Positions 55,283 through 64,000 of a stretch of 64,000 nucleotides of DNA are shown here, piece after piece. Under the pieces are notes generated by a model. It was not told the DNA's origin and made no database searches. It saw only the letters and a program-made list of their open reading frames with translations. The stretch's first letter is position 1. Every line of letters begins with the position of its first letter. The position numbers and the translations under genes were made by a program. The stretch is from Polymyxa betae A26-41 (taxonomy: Eukaryota; Protista; Endomyxa: Phytomyxea): positions 62,001-126,000 of the forward strand of contig RBZT01000499.1 of NCBI GenBank assembly GCA_003693705.1. Reading direction: 5' to 3'.

Positions 55283-56348
55283 ATGGAGGAACTGGACGTC
55301 CTATGTCAGGAGCGATGGCCCCATCTCATAACCCACTGCCCCGATTCTGATCCCATTCGACGTATGTAGTTAGTGATGGTGGCTGCTCTGTATTCTGCTG
55401 ATTGCTGACCCCATCATACATATATAGGCGTCCTGTTCTGTCTATCACATGCAGGATTATGTACGATCACAGAACTACAGCAACATGGAGCTACATCCAC
55501 CACCACCGCCAGTGATCGTACTGGTCCGGGCGCCGATCCCGACCTGATCGCCGACTTCCGCCAGCGTATCGAGTCGTATCCGATTCAGGTGTATGATTGA
55601 TGAGTATATAACAACCCCAACGTACTGGCCCCTGACCCCGACTTGTTTTCCAGAGATCGATCGAGACTGTCCTCATCGTTACATTTATTTAGTGAGATTA
55701 CGTCACCAGTTTCATTCAAGAAATCATTGATAGGTAATTATTATAGGAGAAGGTCGTAGGATATTGATTTACTAACAAGGTCGTATGATATAGGATCAGT
55801 ATTAGAGTTCCCATATGATGTAGTAGTGAAAGATATGAATTGTATGAAGATCAATGAGTTGGATATTCAGACATTAGAATCAGATCTACATTGTATAGAG
55901 ACACGTATGAAATGTAAGAAAGATATTATTGATATACCAGATAGTTGTGATCTATCAACACATATTACATCATTATATCAGATATTAGAACAGTTTATTG
56001 ATACATACAAGACTGCATTTCTATCAATATTACAGTCTAATAATTCACCTGTATTAAATCTACATGTAACATCTATTGGTATGTTATCATGTTATCGGAT
56101 ATTATATAACACTCATCAATGTATTAGGAGAACAACTGGGATCTACATGCAACAGTCTATCTCAACATCTCGCTACATTCCGTCGTCTATCAGGTTCAAT
56201 TCATGCAGTCCGGCAATTACTGGACGAGCTGGCCCAGATCCGCAGTCGTACTGGTCCCCAGCAGGAACACATCTCCGAGCAACACATTGCCCGTCTACGA
56301 CGATATGCTGCCATTCTGCAGAACGCCACTGAGAACTACGAGCCGTGA
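55283..56348 (+). CDS. Hypothetical multi-exon coiled-coil protein
   Basis: Exons joined by GT-AG introns read MEELDVLCQERWPHL...RRVLFCLSHAGLC...DLIADFRQRI...LDIQTLESDLHCIETRMK...LATFRRLSGSIHAVRQLLDELAQIRSR...NYEP*. Confidence 0.6.
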
Positions 56349-56443
56349 TCTCCAACAACCTGCTCGGCGGCGAGTCGTACTGGTCCCCGCCTCTTTACAT
56401 GTACTATAAACGTGAACAGATCGTTTGCATGGGTCATTGTTAT

Positions 56444-57687
56444 TTAAGTGGATATTGGGTCGGGATCAGTGGCTTTCATCCAGCCTTTACCACCAGGTCG
56501 TCTTCTGGCATCTCGACGGGTCCGCAGAGCCAGTACGGGACTGCCACAGATGATATCGCCGCGGGTCAGGTCGCTATTGGCTGATGCGGGGGCGGCCACG
56601 TCCATCGGTGACGGTTGCGGCTGTAGTCCGTCGTTGGCCGTCACCGTCCTCATGGACCTGTACGACCCCGACCTGGGCTGGATTAGAGAGAAAAATCAAC
56701 ACAGTATCGGTAGCGGTTCGTTACCCGGTCCGAATCCGTTCGACGATGGTGTCCAGGGCCTGTACGACGGATGGATCGGCGACAAGATCATGATGTTGAT
56801 GGAGGGTGTCCGTTATGGGATGATCATCCAGTATTTCTAGAGAGGGTGGTAGATGTAGACCGATCTCGGCCGGATTATACGTGGGCCAGTACGTGATCGG
56901 ATTCAAACAGAGATTTAGATAGTGCAGATGACGGAATGAACCCAGTGTAGAGATCTCGTTCATGCCATCAATGTTGTTCCTGAGAGAAACCTTGAAACCC
57001 TAAAACCCTAATCACGGTCGCACTCACCCCTCTAGATCCAGAACTTCCAATGTAGATTCCACGAATGTAATTCCTGCTAGATTACGTATATAATTATATG
57101 CAAGATATAACTCATTAAGCTGATAACATGCAGATATTCCATCTAAGTCGTATAATCCACATGCAGATAATGATAATATCCGAATATTACGTAATACACT
57201 CCCTAAATCACGTATACCGTTAATTCGACTACCAGATAGATTCAAATGTTGTAAATTTGGTAGATGCAACCCTAACAATATAATCAGTATGAGATCATAT
57301 CAGAATACTGTATATTGTCACTCACCTAATGACGTTAATGAATGCACTCTTGTATCTACTATAAGATCTAATATTCTCATAGAGGATGGATCATTACATT
57401 CTAATATATCTGACTACATAATCATGATATCAGTTAATTGATTACAATCACAACCAGCATGATCTCATTCATACGAGATTCGATTCAGATGCGAATACAT
57501 CAATAGTCTCGGTATCATCTTCACCAATACTACGTCGTAGTTCAATACATGGCCGGCCTCCATGCAGATCGTACTGGACCCATGGACCCCGATTTGATGA
57601 CGATGATACTGGTCGTGGTAACATTCTGCAACACTTAAAGATCGGCCGAATCCTACACGGTACCCTGGCATTAAATTCAATCAGCAT
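56444..57687 (-). CDS. LRRC56: Leucine-rich repeat protein 56 (ODA8-like, dynein arm transport/assembly)
   Basis: VDTRVHSLTSLGLHLPNLQHLNLSGSRINGIRDLG...CGLYDLDGI...LEVLDLEGNNI, plus the conserved distal motif SDLTRGDIICGSPVLALRTRR. Confidence 0.82.
56995..57011. repeat. Short telomere-like repeat (AAACCCTAAAACCCTAA) inside an LRRC56 intron
   Basis: About two CCCTAAAA units plus a degenerate AAACCTTG unit just upstream, within the intron splitting LEG|NNI. Confidence 0.6.
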
Positions 57688-57741
57688 TTTCTGTTTAGAT
57701 TGGGAGCCGAACGCATGACAAGTCTACATGAATGATTTTAA

Positions 57742-59487
57742 TCAGAATTTAACATGAGACTTTGCAGCCATCGGTCGATCATCAGCTCGGAAATGATTCC
57801 CATACAAAGCATGTTGTTTCTTCTTAACACCAGCTCCAAATTTCATGAGATCGTCAGGAACATGAGCACCAGCTTCATTCAATACATTGATTAGTTCACC
57901 AGAATGGGATTTATCTGCGGTTGTGAACAACGTATGAGCGGTGCCTTTGTTCCCAGCACGGCCAGTACGGCCAATCCGATGAATGTAATCCTCGATCGTC
58001 AATGGGAACGAATAGTTGATGACGTACTGGACCTGGGGAATATCCAGACCACGAGCTGCCACATCTGTAGCGATCAAGATAGGAACGCGGCCAGATTTGA
58101 ATTCCGCCAGAGCAGCAGTTCTTTCATTCTGATTTTTATCCCCATGTAATGAAGTACATGACCAGCCACGACGACGTAATTGGGCTTCAACACGAATAGC
58201 CTCTTTCTTGTACAGAACAAATACAATGAGACGTTGTTTCCGATCATGATATTGTCGTAGAAGCGCATCAAGACGGGAATCCTTTCCGTACGAATCGATC
58301 ACTTCCACAATCTGGGTGACGTTTTGACTTGCAGTTAATTGATCTGTACCAATAGTAACACGAACTGGTTCATGTAAGAATTCAGATGCTAATTTCTGTA
58401 TCTCTGTTGGCCATGTTGCAGAGAACATAACAGTCTGTCTCATAGGCTGTGTTATATCCGACACAATCGCACGAATATCCGGTTCAAATCCCAGATCCAG
58501 CATACGATCAGCTTCATCTAATACCAGATATGATACCTGATTTAGACTGATAACACCTTCTCTGATATATCCCAATAATCGTCCAGGTGTTGCCACAATA
58601 ATATGTGAACCTTGCTCTAATGCTTTCATTTGTTCATGTCTATCAGCACCACCATATACACAGACAGTACGTTGTCCACAACCACGTCCTGCATCTTTAC
58701 AGACATCAGCTGATTGCATAGCTAGCTCACGAGTCGGGGACAGAACCAGGACGATCGGGCCCCGATTCTGAACGCCACGACCCAGAGCAGGACGTGATTG
58801 AGCATGTGCTAGAGCCGGTAGAGCGAAGGCTAAGGTCTTCCCACTACCTGTCTCAGCAATACCAACACAATCCCGACCTGATAGCAAGATCGGCCAACAC
58901 TGTGATTGAATGGGAGTTGGACGTGTAAACCCGGCCGTACACGATAGCAAATCGGAGCTGAGACCTGAATCAGTAAATGATGATAGAGGTGGGAAATCAC
59001 TCTGCTTATATTGATCATCTATATGAGACTTGTTAATAGAGAAGGATGATAGAGAGAGGGATGTAACATTACCGATACTAATAGAATGTTCAGTTCTATA
59101 TTGTGATATCTCTGATGATGACATTGATGATCGAACTACGATGGGGGCAGGGGCGGTGCTGGTCGCCGCCGACTCATTCGTCTTCTTCTTCTTCACCTTG
59201 TTTCTCTTGTCCTTGTTCGAGCTGTTGCTGGCATTACTTGCTGGTTTAGCTTCTTTCTCAGGGTTTGGTTTTTTGGAGGTTTCCTTCGATTGCTCGACGT
59301 CCTGGATTAATTCGTTCTCTGGTTTGCGTTTCTTCGCTTTCCGTCTATGTTTGCGATCATTGTTCTTATTTTCAGCAACGTCAACGATGTTGGTCTCAGC
59401 GATATCAGTAGGGGGGCGTTTCGATTTCTTTTTTTTATCATGCTTCTTATCAGGTTTATTCTGAGAAGATTCGCATTCCACCGACAT
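57742..59487 (-). CDS. DBP3: DEAD-box RNA helicase DBP3/RH5-like
   Basis: Lys-rich N-terminus, PTPIQ, AETGSGKTLAF, SPTRELA, DEAD, SATWP, VFVLYKKEA, HRIGRTGRAG and a DBP3-type C-terminus KKKQHALYGNHF. Confidence 0.93.
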   Translation of the reverse strand: MSVECESSQNKPDKKHDKKKKSKRPPTDIAETNIVDVAENKNNDRKHRRKAKKRKPENELIQDVEQSKETSKKPNPEKEAKPASNASNSSNKDKRNKVKKKKTNESAATSTAPAPIVVRSSMSSSEISQYRTEHSISIGNVTSLSLSSFSINKSHIDDQYKQSDFPPLSSFTDSGLSSDLLSCTAGFTRPTPIQSQCWPILLSGRDCVGIAETGSGKTLAFALPALAHAQSRPALGRGVQNRGPIVLVLSPTRELAMQSADVCKDAGRGCGQRTVCVYGGADRHEQMKALEQGSHIIVATPGRLLGYIREGVISLNQVSYLVLDEADRMLDLGFEPDIRAIVSDITQPMRQTVMFSATWPTEIQKLASEFLHEPVRVTIGTDQLTASQNVTQIVEVIDSYGKDSRLDALLRQYHDRKQRLIVFVLYKKEAIRVEAQLRRRGWSCTSLHGDKNQNERTAALAEFKSGRVPILIATDVAARGLDIPQVQYVINYSFPLTIEDYIHRIGRTGRAGNKGTAHTLFTTADKSHSGELINVLNEAGAHVPDDLMKFGAGVKKKQHALYGNHFRADDRPMAAKSHVKF

Positions 59488-59646
59488 GTTTCAACCAGAA
59501 CAATCAAGAAATTCTGGTCGGAAAATCTTTCCGGACTTATCGCAGTCCGGGACAGAAAATCTGCCGCTGTTTTTTGAAATTTTTCAAAAAAAATCCCCAA
59601 TTCTCAACTTTTGCTACAATTCGATTTATTCAACACCAACAAACTT

Positions 59647-60365
59647 CTACAAAACAGTATATGATAGAATGATGATGGTGACGACGATCATAAATCCTGC
59701 ATATGTCCTTGCGATAGCAGCTGCTGAGACAAATGATCCCCGGAATGTGATCAAGAACCAGCAATACAGCACTGCACGTACACACAATCAGCGATCTTCA
59801 CACAACCAGAACCGAATCGCATGGTGTCATACTGGACCAGGGTTTGCCCATGAGCTGCAGGGCTTCCGATGCATGATGATGACAGTTCCTCGTCACGATG
59901 TTATGCTGGTCGAAATCATGGGATCAGGATGGGTGGATGAATGACGAACTCCCTGGTAGTACCGTCATGCTGCAGAATTTATCATCAGCGGCACGAATGG
60001 CGTCATCCCAGGCTTCATCAACAGTCGTGTCAGGGCGCCGATTCGGGAAGCCGCAGGTTTTCGGGTCGATTCGATAGTACCTGGTTGATCGTCAAAACGA
60101 GAGCTGGCAGGGGCGACGGCTGCCGACCTGGTCACCTTGCCGACCATGAAACTGTCGATACCGATATAGAAGGATCCAGCAAAGTCGTGTACACGACCCT
60201 GTGAATCAGCGATCCCCATATGGCCGATGAATGGCAAGAACCATCTATAGATTAGGCAGGTTAGAGAGCTGGACAGGATAGAGATCATATCGCCTGATAC
60301 GTGATGATAGGAAGGGGCCCAAATACTAAGCAATAGGGATAACGATTACGTCCTGGCTCCATCAT
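59647..60365 (-). CDS. TMEM222/RTE1-like (DUF778) membrane protein
   Basis: Spliced product RYPYCLVFGPLPIITWFLPFIGHMGIADSQGRVHDFAGSFYI...TRYYRID...AWDDAI...HNIVTRNCHHHASEAL, followed by C-terminal TM segments. Confidence 0.88.
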
Positions 60366-60585
60366 CACACTATCAATATAATTCAATAGAATATTCTACT
60401 TCACATATTCTATAACACATATATACACGTCTCTCTCTATAACTGCATGAACAAATTTTAAAAACATGCACAAGTTTTTGAAAGGTTTACGAATTCGATG
60501 AGTTAGATTGGGACAATGGTTAATTCGTATTCATGCAATCTTATTAGGAGTAGAAAATTTATTACGATAGCAATTGGCCAAACGA

Positions 60586-61082
60586 TCAGGCTTCGAATCG
60601 TTCCGAGAAGAAATCGCGAAGCTGTTTTTCAACCCAGCTCATGATCGACTCGGTCTGGTTCAAATTATATGACATCATGATACGTCGACCACGCTTCAAG
60701 GCTATTAGACAATGGAATGTTAATATGATGAATACAAATCTATAATTGTTTGGGATTGGTTACCAAGACGTCGGCAAAGTGCCGTCTTCAGATCCTGCCC
60801 GGGTGTCTTGGAACCTAATAGCTGACTACACATTGGTATTGGATCCTAATTGTCTATTAACAAACAAGTAATACAACCTGGTGATCCGAGTACATAAGGA
60901 GTTAATGAGGCAATGGTTAGATCACACATCGGATATGGAGATATTCCCATATAAATGAAATCGGTCTGCTTCATGTTGATGATACGGAAGTCAACGTCGA
61001 ATTCTGCAACACCATCTGAGTAATGTCGTTGGAACTCGACGGTCGGGATGGAGCAGGACGTCGTACTGTCCCTGTCATCCAT
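60586..61082 (-). CDS. PSMG4: Proteasome assembly chaperone 4-like
   Basis: Spliced product FRIINMKQTDFIYMG...DLTIASLTPY|DPIPMCSQLLG...ALCRRL|ALKRGRRIMMSYNL...WVEKQLRDFF resembles PAC4. Confidence 0.7.
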
Positions 61083-61220
61083 ATCGGATTATATGCGTGC
61101 AAGTAAACATCACATGGCGCCATCGACCAAGTTCAACTACCGATACAGAGACCGAATTCTAAGCGTTCATAAATCTACACGAATGTTCTTATATATGTAG
61201 AGACAATATCAAACGAATGT

Positions 61221-64000
61221 TCACGATTGTAAATGGTTACAAAATGCGTCCAGAGGAATGGCGTTTGCGAACGGAGCTGGGACAGCAACTTCCTGAATAT
61301 GGGGAATCTTGACCAAGTCGGGATATTCAACGGCACCTGGGCTGACCTCCATCGACACAGTATACTGCATGCCCAATGCTGTTTCTGAATATCCACCTCG
61401 TTAAAACCGATCGATAACTGCGATGATACAATGTAATGTGTTTTACCTTCTGAGTACAGCTTGAATAGCACGTGCGAACAATAAGCTAATGGCATCAGTT
61501 CGAAATTGTCAGCAACGACCCGGTTCTGAGCAAATCCGGACCACAGCATTTTGTTGCGAATGATATGCAGGTGAGATTCGTTCAGGAAATAGAACATCGT
61601 GTTGACAGAATCGGGATTGTGGCATATCTACTGAAATTCAGAACATTCAAGCGTTAAGGGGTTGCCCATACAGAAGTACAATCATGAGCAAGACGACGAA
61701 ACAACCGCTGACCCAACATAGTTGAAATTTCGATCTTGTCTTCAACAGTTAAGCCATATCTACACGAATATCAGAGGAAATCGACCGCAAGCCATCAGCC
61801 CCAAACTCTTGTGGAATAACAAAATCACATAGTATTCGAGATAACTGAAGCACCGGAGCCAGCATAGTACGGAATCCAGATAATAAATCTGCATTATGGA
61901 GCATATCGTAAACGGCCTGACCAATTATGATGGCTGGTATCATTATTTAGTTGAGATACTCCATACCGAATCAAATATATCAGGAACTTTTGTGACATCC
62001 CAACTTGTATCGTTTTCACATTTTAAACTTCTATATAGCTTCTGCCATCTTCGATAAACAAGTGGTACCGATTCACCATGATACAGTAACATCGGAGTCA
62101 ATACCGAGTAAGCATCTAGCGTCATTGAGCTAGAATTTTGCTGCTTTCGTAGAAACCTATTTATCACTGATCAGACGGACGAAAAGCGATGCGATTGACA
62201 CCACATACAAAACAAGCGCTTCAAGTGCAGAATTAAGTGATTGCAGACGTTCTGATGGATTATCAATACCGTGCAGGGAGGTCGAAGGACCGACTGATCG
62301 AAAATGAGCAGATGAGAACTGAAAAGCGCCCGTCTTGTAATTCAGTAGTAAATCGCGAAGACGTGTTTTGGAATGTTCGATTGAGTTCTAAATCTTTTCA
62401 AAACGGATTTAGCCGATTACTGATAACAGCCGCGTACCTTGCTTTCATTTGAAGATAAATCTGCAACATCACATTCAGAAATGCCCTTCATCAGAGCATC
62501 ATTTCCGCTAGCAAAGGCCATGGAGAATTCTTCAGCTGATTTTCTTACCCTGCATAAGAATATCATTAGGATCGTTTCTGATATCGCATCGCTGCATCGA
62601 CCTATCCATTGGACTCGAATAAACTTGCACGCATGGATCAAAGGTTTCGCCATCTCTTGTGATCTCTTCATCAATATATCTCCGAATCTGCATCCCCAAG
62701 CTCCTGGATTGCTGAACTCCAGCCTCCGTTATCTGTCCGCCCCATTTGCAAACGATTAATACAGCATCCTCTATATCTCCAATGAAAATCCATTCCGAAT
62801 AACTTTTGACGGTAGGGCACAATACGTTTGTCGTCCTGTCGAATACGAATATTAGTCTCAAAGATATCGCTAGCAAGAAGAGCAGATAGACGTCTGAGTG
62901 CAATCAGATGCTTCTCGTTGGTGATGTTATTCCGGCTGAGAACAGAACTAACAGCTGCAGAAAGAGCGGCCTTATCAGAGGGCGTCTGCAGGAAAACATC
63001 AGACAGAATTCCGCCCTATGTGTTATAACATGCCTTGAATTTTCCGATTGGGAGGAGATCAAGGATCTCCTGTTCAGTGGAAATAACTTTGATTTTCTGC
63101 TTCGGGCTGCGATCTGCATGCCTAAATACTCCCATGATACCAATCAGCCTTCGAGCAGAGCCTATATATGGAGCTCCTGTGTATGGGTCCTACAACCATA
63201 ACAATCTGCCAGCGGTTTTAACGCCAAATGAAAACTGACCACTTTCGCTTGAGGACACGACCTCGATATCTGACGAAGGATTCTCGCACATCTATCGTAA
63301 TACAGCGAGTTTCCTTTAACGAAAGACCACCCATTAACCTAAGCATAAAGCGCTTAGATCTGATAAAAAGCCAGATATCAACCAACATCGATAACGAACG
63401 AATGGTTTCCATTTCTGAGAATATCCAGGCCGCAAACCACTTGCTTGAAACATTTGGTGACCAATGCAGCGAACTGTGTCTCTTCAGGCGTGAGACGTTC
63501 CGTTTGACGACGTTCTCTACCGAAACGGTTACGTTCGACAATACCGTCGACCGTGGGCGACTTTCTTGATTCGCTGTGAGCATAGGATCTGGAGACAATT
63601 CTCTTTCAAAAATCGCATAACCAAAATGCAATCGGATGCAACATTACGTGCCAACTGCAAAAACTTTAATGTCTCTTCCGGTTTCAACGAACTTCTCGTA
63701 GATATACGATCCAGTTCTACGAACCGAATTATGCGGGCAGAATTCCGACGATCTGTAAATGTTCAGAAGATTGAGGCAAGCTGGAAGTTTAGAAACGGAC
63801 CTGTTTTTCACTTTTCTGAAAAGTCGTCGACATCCGCCTCCGTCTGCAACCCGTGTCATTGTTTAGTTTACAATGTTTGCCATACAAACCTGGATAATAA
63901 AGATAAATGTTGTGGTCGTCGCCCGAAACGGGTTTCTCAACGAACGGCTTGTACATTGGCTTTCCATCAATAACAATACGATCATCATACTCCTCCAGAA
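61221..64000 (-). CDS. VIP1: Inositol pyrophosphate kinase/phosphatase VIP1/PPIP5K (5' end outside the window)
   Basis: Kinase domain [42 protein letters not shown]|VNGWSFVK. Histidine-phosphatase domain [32 protein letters not shown]. Confidence 0.92.

Larger units (their letters stand above)
55517..58030. repeat. Dispersed cluster of the 8-mer CGTACTGG (often CGTACTGGWCC)
   Basis: Copies on + at 55517, 55621, 56247, 56376, 57570 and 58023, and on - at 56530, 56886 and 57962. Confidence 0.75.

Noticed and set aside
55078-55284. Short minus-strand ORF ending LLSSLPTDVQIIVLRMAF (F-box-like)
   Set aside because: It has only ~40 codons from the internal ATG, the motif is truncated, and no supporting exons were found.
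63218-63631. ORF-track frame suggesting a degenerate VIP1 kinase motif (ESRPRST)
   Set aside because: This is the wrong frame. The alternative frame reads the conserved [10 protein letters not shown]...CGLDILR.

Overview
This is compact eukaryotic nuclear DNA, not prokaryotic. It holds about 25 closely packed genes split by many short (~40-60 nt) GT-AG introns, which is why the ORF track is fragmented. Short introns, very small intergenic gaps, flagellar genes (LRRC56, centrin) and TTTTAGGG-type repeats fit a flagellated protist, possibly a plasmodiophorid; that assignment is inference only. In order, the window contains: a >20 kb minus-strand gene for a giant signal-peptide protein with IPT/TIG repeats and a Cys-rich (GCC2/GCC3-like) region; a Spinster-type MFS transporter; HSBP1; DPH1; IMP4; an SLC19-like carrier; an SLC35B1-like transporter; a DSN1/Mis13-like kinetochore gene; PGM2; U2AF65; a canonical P3A H+-ATPase; RPA2; RPS6; a G-alpha subunit; RUS1-like; centrin; a second P3A-type ATPase; RED/IK; an orphan coiled-coil gene; LRRC56; DBP3; TMEM222/RTE1-like; PSMG4; and a partial VIP1/PPIP5K. 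The main finding is the second P-type ATPase (50009-52854). It is a full-length, intact ~931-aa ORF in which the phosphorylated Asp (DKTGT->NKSGT), the TGES, TGD and GDGVND motifs and the TM6 proton-acceptor Asp (->His) are all replaced, while the nucleotide-binding motifs survive. It looks like a conserved 'pseudo-pump' about 7.5 kb from an active paralog. A second notable signal is a dense cluster of the 8-mer CGTACTGG at 55.5-58 kb, which coincides with GC/AT-mosaic DNA and an intronic telomere-like repeat. All exon boundaries were read by eye and are approximate.
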